Below are positions 51,158-60,965 of a DNA stretch of 64,000 nucleotides, piece by piece. Under the pieces are notes generated by a model. That model saw only the letters and a program-made list of their open reading frames with translations. It was not told the DNA's origin and did not search any database. Numbering within the stretch: position 1 is the first letter of the stretch; every line of letters begins with the position of its first letter. The translations under genes and the position numbers were made by a program. The DNA is from an uncultured Clostridium sp. (GTDB lineage: Bacteria > Bacillota > Clostridia > Lachnospirales > Lachnospiraceae): contig UQTA01000001.1 of NCBI GenBank assembly GCA_900543885.1, positions 86,395 through 150,394 of the forward strand. The letters run 5' to 3'.

Positions 51158-51218
51158 ACGATCCTATCTCCTGAAGAAATCATTTTTCTGACTTTTCCGG
51201 TACATGAGCTGTCAGCTA

Positions 51219-51737
51219 TCAGCACTTCTCTGGCTCCGGATATTCTACTCCAAAGGTATCTACAGTCATAGATTTGATCTTCTGTTCCTTTAATGGGCGG
51301 TCAGAATAATCAGTGCGCTCATTTGCGATCTTATCTACGATGTTCATTCCTTCTGTGATCTTTCCAAATGCTGCATATGCGCCATCCAGATGAGGTGCAT
51401 CCTTATGCATAATAAAGAACTGGGAACCAGCAGAGTTTGGCATCATGGATCTTGCCATAGATAAAACGCCTTCTGTATGCTTTAAGTCGTTCTTTACACC
51501 GTTCTGGCTGAACTCACCTTTAATGCTGTAACCTGGGCCGCCCATGCCTGTTCCCTGTGGGCATCCGCCCTGGATCATAAATCCACGGATAACTCTGTGG
51601 AAGATCAGGCCATCATAATAACCTTTCTTTACCAGACTGATAAAGTTATTTACTGTGTTTGGTGCTACTTCCGGATATAACTCTGCTTTCATCACATCAC
51701 CATTTTCCATGGTAATAGTAACAACTGGATTTGCCAT
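51219..51737 (-). CDS. ppiB: Peptidyl-prolyl cis-trans isomerase, cyclophilin type
   Basis: FHRVIRGFMIQGG...; 172 aa. Confidence 0.9.
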   Translation of the reverse strand: MANPVVTITMENGDVMKAELYPEVAPNTVNNFISLVKKGYYDGLIFHRVIRGFMIQGGCPQGTGMGGPGYSIKGEFSQNGVKNDLKHTEGVLSMARSMMPNSAGSQFFIMHKDAPHLDGAYAAFGKITEGMNIVDKIANERTDYSDRPLKEQKIKSMTVDTFGVEYPEPEKC

Positions 51738-51940
51738 TGTCTTTTCGTCTCCTTACATACATTTTCTAAATATGCCCTGTAAACAGGCTCTTTCTGTTTA
51801 ATATACCAGATTGCAGGCTGGTTGTCCAGTAAGGTCCTGTGGCAACTAATATCACCATAAGTCTTTGGTTACTATCCATGGGCAATGTCATTAAAAGGAC
51901 CATGTATCTCTGCACAATCCCTATTACTAATTTTATGTAT

Positions 51941-52837
51941 TTACATCCAACTTTTTGTCTCTTTACTCCATGTATGCTCAAAGGAATTCTCGTTATGAAT
52001 TGATTCCACGATAGGAAGCAATAATTCTTTTAATAATTGCATAGTTTCTCCAAATTCTACTTTCACCAGTGCTTTCTTCTTTTTGATAAAGGCTCTCCAT
52101 CTTCCCTGCCTTGTCTCATCCTTGGTAAAATCATCATCAAAGGCTGCAATATCATCAAAACCGGTCCCTCGATGGATAAAGGTCTCTACAATCGCATTCT
52201 TTAATTCCACACCATTAAGATTATATCTGTCAGCCAAAACATAAATATCATAGAAATCCTTATATCTACCATTTGCAAGGCCCAGAGAAACAAAAGCCTC
52301 AAACTTTTCTGCTATGACAGAGTAAATAGAATAGGCATATACTTGCGGAACCTCCATATCCAGCAGAACCGGAAACTCCATTTTCATTCTTTCAGGATAC
52401 ACCACATCACCAAAACCAATATCTATTGATACCGGAACCTTAGTTCTGTCCAGATATCCCATAATGGATACATTTACTCCGTGATACTCCTTGAATTCAG
52501 TTATATTAATAACCACAAGCGTATTCAGATCAAATCGTAACGCATCATCGCACTCTATAGAAAAAATGTCATTAAATACTTTCTTCATTTCTTCAGCATC
52601 ATTTGGAATGCGTTGTGCCAAAAGATCAATATCCATTGTTGCACGAGCATACTCTCCATCAAATAGTGCATACAAGAAAATGCCGCCCTTTAGTGTAAAT
52701 CTCTCCACATAATTTGAAACAGATAATCTATATATTGTTCTCTCCAAACCATATGTTATCAGCTTATCCTGCATAGTCTTTCCATCTTCTACCGCCTGTT
52801 TCTTTAATCTGTCCTTTACGGATATAGTATTTGTCAT
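51941..52837 (-). CDS. AbiEii/AbiGii-family nucleotidyltransferase toxin (type IV TA / abortive infection)
   Basis: DUF1814-like nucleotidyltransferase pattern; overlaps the upstream AbiEi gene by 4 nt. Confidence 0.7.
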   Translation of the reverse strand: MTNTISVKDRLKKQAVEDGKTMQDKLITYGLERTIYRLSVSNYVERFTLKGGIFLYALFDGEYARATMDIDLLAQRIPNDAEEMKKVFNDIFSIECDDALRFDLNTLVVINITEFKEYHGVNVSIMGYLDRTKVPVSIDIGFGDVVYPERMKMEFPVLLDMEVPQVYAYSIYSVIAEKFEAFVSLGLANGRYKDFYDIYVLADRYNLNGVELKNAIVETFIHRGTGFDDIAAFDDDFTKDETRQGRWRAFIKKKKALVKVEFGETMQLLKELLLPIVESIHNENSFEHTWSKETKSWM

Positions 52838-53430
52838 ACCAGCACCTCCAGGTACATTTTCATTACATCCCCACATTTGAGCATCTCCGCATATCTGATT
52901 AGCCTATTCAGATTACGGTCACTCCGATGCAGATAGGTTGTAAGAACTTCTTTCGTTTCTTCAATTCCGATTTTTTCTCTGTAGAAAACGATGTCAACAA
53001 CACTTTTCTCAATATTATATATACGAAATCTGTTATTCCCATCTTCTACAGTCACGATACCAACATCAAATCGGTCATCTGTAAAATAACATACATTCAG
53101 TTCCGGCCAATCCGGTAAAGTTGATACCTTTGCTTTTCTGGGAATCGCTACATCAATGGCATCAGGGCGATAAGTAGAGAGATTATAATACACAGCTGCA
53201 CTCAACAGGCAAACTACTCCGTCTGGTACAAATGCATAGACATAGTAGAAATCTGATCCCTCACCATCAAAATTTGCATTTTCATAATACTTTTTATTCA
53301 ATTTTATCAGGATCCCCTGGTCAACCATCTGATTGATTTTATAATAGGAAAACCCCTTATCTTTCAGTTCTTGAATTGAAAAAATCATTTGGTCATTAGA
53401 AATCTGTGCAGTCTTTATCATCTTTCTCAC
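52834..53430 (-). CDS. AbiEi-family antitoxin/transcriptional regulator
   Basis: Size and gene order typical of AbiEi; translationally coupled to the AbiEii gene. Confidence 0.65.
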   Translation of the reverse strand: MRKMIKTAQISNDQMIFSIQELKDKGFSYYKINQMVDQGILIKLNKKYYENANFDGEGSDFYYVYAFVPDGVVCLLSAAVYYNLSTYRPDAIDVAIPRKAKVSTLPDWPELNVCYFTDDRFDVGIVTVEDGNNRFRIYNIEKSVVDIVFYREKIGIEETKEVLTTYLHRSDRNLNRLIRYAEMLKCGDVMKMYLEVLV

Positions 53431-53453
53431 CTCAATTCCAGTATATCCAAATT

Positions 53454-53533
53454 CATGATAATTATTTAAATGAAATTCGGCGTTTTTATTATTTTGCCGA
53501 ATTTCATTTAAATCATAATAATCATTTCATGAT
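53454..53533. promoter_or_regulatory. Long inverted repeat (18-bp perfect arms, about 30-bp extended arms) immediately upstream of the AbiEi gene: candidate autoregulatory operator
   Basis: atttaaatgaaattcggc N14 gccgaatttcatttaaat. Confidence 0.45.
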
Positions 53534-53787
53534 TTGTCAATGGATTTTCAGTAAGCAACCCTGATATGGTATAAAAAGTTGACAGCTCATCATTTAAACT
53601 ATGCCATGCTCAACATTACAACGTTCACCAGAAAAAAATGCCTCTATAAAATCATCATACAACTCTTTATATACATATGTATCAGAATCAATTCGTTTAT
53701 CAATATTAAATGACACCTCCAATTTTTCAGCTTTTCCAATCATATAAATTATATCCTTTCGCTCTTACATTCACCTCATACACAAAA

Positions 53788-54312
53788 TTAGGCTGCCTGC
53801 TGACCATCCACATGATTCTGATGGTTGTAACCATCCAGATTAGAAGTTACCACATCTTTATAAAGATCATCGAGACTTACGTAACCGTAATAACGCCAGG
53901 TTTTTGTACTCCACCATCCGCTGTCAACACCGGAATCTACCTCAACGCGGCTGCTTGGAGTGCTGTAATCGGTAAGATCTACATTCACGGTTCCATCTCC
54001 CTTTGTCAGAAGATCATCGTAACGGATATACCAGTACACATCGTTGAGTTCATTGTAAGATGCATCGCTCTCATTAGAGTAGGTATTTCGCACCTGAGCT
54101 TTGTATACCAGGAAAAAGTAGTTTTTCTGGGAATTTTTGGAAGTAAGCAGGTAATTACCTAAGTATGAGAAGGATTCCAGTGATTCTCCCTCACCCCAGT
54201 CCTGTGCAGCCTTCGCATGATAAACATCCTCTGCCTGCTGCTTCATCGCTGCAAGAGAATCCTCATTTATTTCCTCTAGCTTCACGAAATCAATATCATG
54301 ATCCGGCTTCAT
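53788..54312 (-). CDS. Hypothetical protein (174 aa, acidic, Tyr/Asp-rich) inside the defence island
   Basis: Intact ORF with no recognisable family and no signal peptide. Confidence 0.35.
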   Translation of the reverse strand: MKPDHDIDFVKLEEINEDSLAAMKQQAEDVYHAKAAQDWGEGESLESFSYLGNYLLTSKNSQKNYFFLVYKAQVRNTYSNESDASYNELNDVYWYIRYDDLLTKGDGTVNVDLTDYSTPSSRVEVDSGVDSGWWSTKTWRYYGYVSLDDLYKDVVTSNLDGYNHQNHVDGQQAA

Positions 54313-54503
54313 ATGCAGTTAAAGCAGGAACGTAATGCCACAAACCACGCTGGTGAATCAGAAGAACGCAGCAGCATTAAAACAATCCAAAATGCTTTAA
54401 AATGTTATATTATCTTATATAACGATATTTTAAAAAAGCTTCACATCTAAATCTAAACACTCATGATACCCTGACTCCATACTCCTGGTCAGGGTATTCT
54501 TTC

Positions 54504-55820
54504 TCATTTTATAAGATCCGCCAGAAAATCATCCAAAATATTTTCCTGATAACCTGCTTTTTTCCTTTTTTTCACGCTCTCTGCTGTTTTTGCAAGGATC
54601 GGATGCTCCACAGCTTCCAGTTTTTTCAGGGATATCGTTCCAAGCAGTTCTTCCGAAATACTTTTCTCATAATCACATTTTGACATTCTCCAGATATGAA
54701 TCCGATCTCCATACTTTTTCCAAAGTCTGTCAGCGATCCGGATCCCGTCTGGATCAATATCACCGCTATAGTAGATTTCTGCTCCGCTATCCACTAAAAA
54801 TGAAATGAGCTTCACCGCCGCACTGCGCAGCTGACCGGAGGTACATAACAACGTAATATTCGTATTTTTCAAATGTTTCAGCAAATAGCTGAACACCATT
54901 TCATTTTCTACGATGTATACTCTGTCACCTTCCGGCTGCACAGCAGTCAGTTCCTGGAGATTTTCCATTGTTACAGCATATGGTTCCTGCATCTGGCAGA
55001 ATGCATCATAGGCCGGATGCCAGTTTCCTTTTATCTGGATCCTCAAACCATAAACATGTACAATGGATGAGAGATTGTCCGGAACAATCCCATAAGAGAG
55101 CAGCACTTCCCGCCACTGATGTGCATTCTTTGGATATGTCATCTCATTCCCATAACACATTCCATGAACCAGTAATTGCCCGGCTGTTGTTCCATGATCA
55201 AAATAATGGGGATTTCCGGAAATTTCTGCTGAAAATACAGCAAGTGGTCTTTCTTCTCCATTTGAAATTTTATCTGCTTCTGCAATTGCTCTGCCTGCGG
55301 CAGCTAACAGCTTTCCAGCCTGTTCTCTGTTTTTCTTATACTCTCTGATCACGATCTGATAGCCATGACTTTTCCCTGACATCATTTCGTGCAGCCACGA
55401 AACAGGAATCGAATCTGAGCCTGCATATTCTGTCAGATATTGTTCCGCTTCTTTAAAAAAATCTGCCTTTTTGCGCTCTTCCTCTATCTGTTTTTCTTTT
55501 GCGGATATGATTTTTCTGCCCCAATATGCTTCCAGCACTTTTTCAAAATCAACCGGAGCAAATTTCGTCCGCTGCAGACCTTTTTCAAATTCAGAAAAAG
55601 AAAAGCGCACTGTATCCTCATAAAACGTTTTCCCGATGATTCCACCGATCGCTTTCCGCTCTTTTTCAGAAGCATTTTTTAAGATAATGATCCCTGCGAC
55701 TCTTCCGTAAGATTTCCACTTCTTTTCAAATTCCAGAAAGCATCGGCTAAAGGCTGTCTGGCCTTTAAAATATGCGGCACACATTTCATTATTGTTCATC
55801 CAGTATCCTCTCATGTCCAT
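54504..55820 (-). CDS. jetD: Wadjet JetD-like protein (Toprim/DUF2220-type nuclease subunit)
   Basis: C-terminal Toprim-like YYSGDIDPDGIRIA (DxD); 438 aa; last gene of the four-gene cluster. Confidence 0.75.
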   Translation of the reverse strand: MDMRGYWMNNNEMCAAYFKGQTAFSRCFLEFEKKWKSYGRVAGIIILKNASEKERKAIGGIIGKTFYEDTVRFSFSEFEKGLQRTKFAPVDFEKVLEAYWGRKIISAKEKQIEEERKKADFFKEAEQYLTEYAGSDSIPVSWLHEMMSGKSHGYQIVIREYKKNREQAGKLLAAAGRAIAEADKISNGEERPLAVFSAEISGNPHYFDHGTTAGQLLVHGMCYGNEMTYPKNAHQWREVLLSYGIVPDNLSSIVHVYGLRIQIKGNWHPAYDAFCQMQEPYAVTMENLQELTAVQPEGDRVYIVENEMVFSYLLKHLKNTNITLLCTSGQLRSAAVKLISFLVDSGAEIYYSGDIDPDGIRIADRLWKKYGDRIHIWRMSKCDYEKSISEELLGTISLKKLEAVEHPILAKTAESVKKRKKAGYQENILDDFLADLIK

Positions 55821-58800
55821 TCCAGGTATACCGGATCACAGATACTACCTGTGAATTTTCCGGACGATGCAGTTCTGCAATGCGAAGCTTTTTCACCGTT
55901 TCAAAACATCCCCACAATGCCTGTGAATTCATAATATAGTCAAAATCCAGTTTATCTACCAGTTCAAACATACTGCTGATATTTCTGTCATCCACACCAG
56001 CAAAGGCTTCATCCAATGCGATCATTCTTGGATGATCTGCATTTTCAGCCTTTTGATACTGCGCATTTACCGCTCCAAACAGCGGAACATACATTGCCAT
56101 TGCTTTCTCACCACCACTGAAACGGTTGAAAGCCGCATTGGTCAACGGTTTTCTGGTCTCATCTCCACGTTTGTAAAACATCTGAAATGCAAACCATTTT
56201 CGATAATCCAATGCATCTCTCACTAATTCCATATAGTTGATGATCGTTCCTGCTTCTTCCAGCCTGGTTTTCTCTGTACGGATCTTACTTCTAAAATGCC
56301 CCGCCACTTTTTCAATATCATCCATGGTAAGAAGTTCCCTGTCTCGAAGGAGGATCTGCTCCAGTTCTGCTGTATCCAGTTCTTTCTCCCCATCTCCCTT
56401 GCAGGGTTTCCATTCCAGGGAAAAACTAAGTCCCATAGAAGTGTCCATCTCTTTCATAAGCTTTGACATATCCAATGTCCACTTCCGGCTCTCTGCAATA
56501 CGGTCTGTAAGCTGCTGGCTGATCGTCTGGGACAGAATATCCTCAAAAAGTTCCCTGTCTTTTTTCTGTATCAGCAGTTCTGTCTCTTCAATTGCTGTTT
56601 TCAAAATATTGTAGAACTCTTCAAGATATACTTTCTTTCCATTCCAGACGGAAATGATCCGAACTCGTTTTCGCACTGCATCTCCATTTTCTGTATCACC
56701 AAAACATTCTTCCATGGAAGTTCCGTAACTGGCAAGACTTCCATTATGCTGTAAATATACATTATGCAAAGCCTGCAAAAATTCAGCCGGTTCCCTGTTT
56801 TTGTCACTTTCCCGCAATATTTTCATTGCTTCTTTGGCGCATTCAAAAACAGTTCTTCCTTCCCGGTTCATTATCATTTTCAGATTCAGCTCTTCCTCAA
56901 AGTAATTTCTAAGGGCCGTCTCTTCTATGATTGATTGCTGCAGTTTTTCTCTCTGTTCCGGCAGATCTGCCTGTAATCCCCTCAATCTTTCTTTCAGTGT
57001 TATGATACGGTTGTTTAGCTCTTCTAATCTCTGCTTAATCCTATCCAGATCCATTTCCAACTGTTTCAGACGTTTTGCCTTTTCAATCAGCTCAGGACTG
57101 TTCAGATATTCCTCCAGCTGCCGGATCTGGATCTCACATTCTTTTGCTCTTGTACTATATCTTTTCTTTTCCTCAAAAGCCTCATCCAGATCATCACTGT
57201 ATCTTTCAATCTGATCCTGTTTATCTATGCAGCTGCTCTGATCCGCCTGTATATAAAACAATTCCTGCTTTATGCTCTGCCAGGTTTTACCATATTCTTC
57301 CGCTGCATCCCAGGCTTCTTCATAGGCCTGCACGTTTCTTTCATATGGCAATATCTTGCATATTTTCAAGACTTCCTGATACTGACGGTTCTTCTGAACA
57401 GCAAGACGGCTTTCTTCATCCTGTCTTTTCAGGTATTCGCCTTCCAGTCTTTCCAATTCATGCTCCCGGTCGTTTTTCTCTGCCATCGCTGTATAGATTT
57501 TTGAAAAATCAGGAATTTTCGTATATTCATCCTGCAGCTGATCCATACATTTCTGAACATACTCAATCTCACCTGTCAGATCATCGATCATTTTCCGGAT
57601 ACTTTCGGCCTGCTGCTGCAATTCATGTATTTTTTGCTCTTTTTTACGCTTTCTTGCCAGATATCCTACGTATTCAGCTGTTTCTTTGTCTGCCTTTCCA
57701 GTTAAGATTCCTTGTCTGAAGCTGCCATCTTCACCAAAATAGATTCCCTGGGTCGTTCCTTCTTTTTCATAAATATTACTGAGGATCTTTAACACCGCTT
57801 CTCTCAGAGTTTCCGGCACTTCTTCACTGACCGTCAATTTTGAAAAATCACTATTTCCAAATACTTCTGCCTGCAGCACAACGTCCAAAAATTCCTTATG
57901 ATCTGCTTTGATCTTTTCAAAATCCTTCTGTGTCACAACCAGTGCATCCAACATTCCGGATGTCTGCAGCTGTGCCTCCAGTCTTGCGCAGGATATCTCG
58001 TCCAGATCCTTTGCAAATTCGACCGTTCTGTAAAACGGGATCGCGGTAATACCTGCGTTTTTAAGCATTTCTCTGGATCTTACAGTTGTCTTATCCCGCT
58101 CAGGCTCCAGTTCTTTCTGATCCTGTATCTGTTTTTGCTGCTTTTCTATTTCTTTCAGGTTCTCTGTCTGCAGATTCCGCTGATACTGTTTCTTGCTTTT
58201 TTCATCCATAAACAGCTGACGCTGACTTTCATAATCTTTGCGAAGGCTTTCCCGTATTTTTGTCTCATCTGCCACAGAACTATACTGTCTTACCTGCTGT
58301 TCTGCCTGCAGAAGGATTTCCTGTTTCGGATGCCACTGTGTGGATATTTCTGCCTGGTGAAAAAGTGTCATGATCCATTCATCAATCCGGTCTGTGACCT
58401 GTTCCAGTGCAGCTTTAAATTTCTGTTCGCCTTCTAATTTCTGCTTTTTGGTCTCTTCCAGCAGTCTGGCTGCTTCCTCATACTGCCCGGATATTTCTTC
58501 ATATCTCTGAAGTGCTGATTTTCCCTCAGTCAGCTGACGTTTCAGCATTTGAAGTCTCTCTGCGATCTCATCCTTTTCTTCATATTTTTCCAGACTGATC
58601 TTCTGCTTTGCTTTTTCATGCAGATCCCATTGTAAGATTTCCTGTTGTTCATCCAGTTCTTCTCTCTGCTCTTTTAGAGAATCCCTGCGAAGTTCCAGAT
58701 TCTCCTGCAATTTTTTCAGGTTCTTTTCCTCTTCCCAGATCCGTTCTTTACCATCTTCAATTTTTTTATTCCAACGCTGTTCTCCCTCTGCAGCCTCAGA

Positions 58801-59832
58801 ATATTCCCCCTTTAGTTTCTCCAGTTTTCGGTCTGCTTTTTCCAGCTCCGGATCCAGAAGCCCATTACGCTCCGTATCTTTTAATTTCTTCTCTTCTGTC
58901 AGTTTTTCTGTCTCCTGAACTGCTTCTCTTTGTTCCTCTTCTGCTTTTTTCTGCTTTTCTTCCTGTTCTGACAGTTTCTCCTGTGCTTTTTCCACTTCCT
59001 GCTTTTTATTCAGATAACCGGATGCTTTCTTTGCCAGCATATACTGATTGTAGCGGATATATTCATTCTGGATGATCTTTACATCGCCAAATGCACGGTT
59101 CAGCATCTCCAGGCTGTCCTGGATCTCATCCATCTTTTCCATGGCATCTACCATGGGCCGCAGGTCTTCATCCGTCAAAGTTTGCAGGGAATCATTGAGA
59201 ATGTCATAAACTTTTGTAGGCTTAAATTCTTTAGAAAGTTTGGGTGCCCTTACTTTTACAAGGAGTTTAATAAACTGCTCATACTGTTCATCTTTTCGAA
59301 AACCAAAGATATATTGATTTACATGTTTCTTATATTCCGCCTGACTGTCTGTAAAGAAATTATTATCTCCCAGCTCTGTTTTCATTTCCCGTTTATCACG
59401 GGGAATTTTATTGGAACCAACTTCTTTATACAGCCACAGATCATATCCGATCCGCCGCCCATCCAGGATCACAAATCCCCAGAAATCCATAGGCTTTCCC
59501 CGTTTTGCCTTTTGCCCGATCCCAATGGTACGGTATTCTTCTGATCCGTTCTTTTTAAACTCTAAAAACAGATAACCGGTAGATTCATCCTTACCTTCTT
59601 CTCCCAGAAAATAATATTCCATCCGGCGGTCACTGGAACCAAATGGATCTAATCGGCTGGGTGTACGGTCTCCATCTAACACAAAGGGAATGAAGCTTTG
59701 GGTCGTAATTGATTTTCCAGAAGCATTCTGGCCGCGTAAAAGCAGCTTTCCATCTTCAAATTCAAAATCCTCTTCATCATATAACCAGAAATTCACAAAA
59801 CCGATCCGGTTCATCTTCCAGCGTTCTTTCAT
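55789..59832 (-). CDS. jetC: Wadjet JetC-like SMC-family ATPase (about 1350 aa, long coiled coils)
   Basis: N-terminal Walker A GQNASGKS, C-terminal Walker B ALDEAFAGVD, very long E/K/Q-rich coiled-coil region. Confidence 0.8.
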   Translation of the reverse strand: MKERWKMNRIGFVNFWLYDEEDFEFEDGKLLLRGQNASGKSITTQSFIPFVLDGDRTPSRLDPFGSSDRRMEYYFLGEEGKDESTGYLFLEFKKNGSEEYRTIGIGQKAKRGKPMDFWGFVILDGRRIGYDLWLYKEVGSNKIPRDKREMKTELGDNNFFTDSQAEYKKHVNQYIFGFRKDEQYEQFIKLLVKVRAPKLSKEFKPTKVYDILNDSLQTLTDEDLRPMVDAMEKMDEIQDSLEMLNRAFGDVKIIQNEYIRYNQYMLAKKASGYLNKKQEVEKAQEKLSEQEEKQKKAEEEQREAVQETEKLTEEKKLKDTERNGLLDPELEKADRKLEKLKGEYSEAAEGEQRWNKKIEDGKERIWEEEKNLKKLQENLELRRDSLKEQREELDEQQEILQWDLHEKAKQKISLEKYEEKDEIAERLQMLKRQLTEGKSALQRYEEISGQYEEAARLLEETKKQKLEGEQKFKAALEQVTDRIDEWIMTLFHQAEISTQWHPKQEILLQAEQQVRQYSSVADETKIRESLRKDYESQRQLFMDEKSKKQYQRNLQTENLKEIEKQQKQIQDQKELEPERDKTTVRSREMLKNAGITAIPFYRTVEFAKDLDEISCARLEAQLQTSGMLDALVVTQKDFEKIKADHKEFLDVVLQAEVFGNSDFSKLTVSEEVPETLREAVLKILSNIYEKEGTTQGIYFGEDGSFRQGILTGKADKETAEYVGYLARKRKKEQKIHELQQQAESIRKMIDDLTGEIEYVQKCMDQLQDEYTKIPDFSKIYTAMAEKNDREHELERLEGEYLKRQDEESRLAVQKNRQYQEVLKICKILPYERNVQAYEEAWDAAEEYGKTWQSIKQELFYIQADQSSCIDKQDQIERYSDDLDEAFEEKKRYSTRAKECEIQIRQLEEYLNSPELIEKAKRLKQLEMDLDRIKQRLEELNNRIITLKERLRGLQADLPEQREKLQQSIIEETALRNYFEEELNLKMIMNREGRTVFECAKEAMKILRESDKNREPAEFLQALHNVYLQHNGSLASYGTSMEECFGDTENGDAVRKRVRIISVWNGKKVYLEEFYNILKTAIEETELLIQKKDRELFEDILSQTISQQLTDRIAESRKWTLDMSKLMKEMDTSMGLSFSLEWKPCKGDGEKELDTAELEQILLRDRELLTMDDIEKVAGHFRSKIRTEKTRLEEAGTIINYMELVRDALDYRKWFAFQMFYKRGDETRKPLTNAAFNRFSGGEKAMAMYVPLFGAVNAQYQKAENADHPRMIALDEAFAGVDDRNISSMFELVDKLDFDYIMNSQALWGCFETVKKLRIAELHRPENSQVVSVIRYTWNGHERILDEQ

Positions 59833-60965
59833 TCCCCTTTGCCTCCTTGGTAATCTGCAGGATATTGTCCGGTCAGTCTTCCTGCTCCTGGTAATATAAT
59901 AACCATTTCGCCTTCACAACGAATCAGCATCCAGTCTTTCATATATTTCAGGATCGTCTCAACAAGCCTGTCCTTATCCATTTCACGATATTCTTTGCTC
60001 CATGCTTCTTTCCATTGCTGTCTGCAGTTAATGACAAGTTCTTCAAACATCTGCCTTGGCATAGAAATACATTCATTTTCTTGTAATTTTAGTCGTCCAT
60101 CCTCTATTTGTTCCTGAATGTGGGCACAGATCAGCAGAATGCTTTCTGCTATCTGCGCATCCCGCGGATGTACCAGTCCATAACAGTCATCCCCGTCAAG
60201 AGTGAGAAATGCAGCATTTCGGTAGATATCCAGATTGCCGCCTATATTTTCCTGCAGATATCTGCCAACCCACTGCCTTTGATTTTTCAGATACAAAGCA
60301 TCTGCATCATCTGATGTATCCCAGTAAAACGCTGGACAAACTGCCAGCTGTCTGTATACACGATGAATACGTACCGCTCCCCGGTTCTCCTGAACTTCTT
60401 CAAAATCTGTTTTTTCAAAATCCTTCCAGGATTGATAGCCAGAAATATCTGTTGTGAAACTGCTGGCAAAATATTTTGAATATCCGGTATTTTCATACAG
60501 GACTTCCTGCCCGGCTTCCTGACTGAAGGATTCACTTTTTCCTTCATATACTCTCAGCATCTGCAGCCGTTCCATATACTGCAATACCCGCACCAGCGAC
60601 TTTCTCTGGGTAAACGAAGTCCAGTCCACCGTCATATAATTCCTTAACTGGGTTTCTACATAATCGATCAGCTCTGATAAAAGAAACTGCTTTCCCTCTT
60701 CTGTATCTTCCAGATACATCAGTACCACGCATAAAATACAATAATCCCTGATATCCGTAAATTCACTGATCCCCATAAACGCTTCCGCATGGGCCGGCCG
60801 CTTTTCCAGTTTCAGCAGCTTTTCCGTATGGATCAGTTTCCACCCCAGCTGTTCTCTGACGAAACGCTGAAAATTAGGAATATCCCGTTTTACTTTATAA
60901 AAAGTCTCTTTATCACTGTCTCTGCTGACCCAGAAATTTTCCATTAATGTTCTGATCTCATTCAT
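59829..60965 (-). CDS. jetB: Wadjet JetB-like (KleisinWHD-binding/MukE-like, DUF2398-type) protein
   Basis: 378 aa; 4-nt overlaps with both neighbours; position between JetA-like and JetC-like genes. Confidence 0.7.
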   Translation of the reverse strand: MNEIRTLMENFWVSRDSDKETFYKVKRDIPNFQRFVREQLGWKLIHTEKLLKLEKRPAHAEAFMGISEFTDIRDYCILCVVLMYLEDTEEGKQFLLSELIDYVETQLRNYMTVDWTSFTQRKSLVRVLQYMERLQMLRVYEGKSESFSQEAGQEVLYENTGYSKYFASSFTTDISGYQSWKDFEKTDFEEVQENRGAVRIHRVYRQLAVCPAFYWDTSDDADALYLKNQRQWVGRYLQENIGGNLDIYRNAAFLTLDGDDCYGLVHPRDAQIAESILLICAHIQEQIEDGRLKLQENECISMPRQMFEELVINCRQQWKEAWSKEYREMDKDRLVETILKYMKDWMLIRCEGEMVIILPGAGRLTGQYPADYQGGKGE

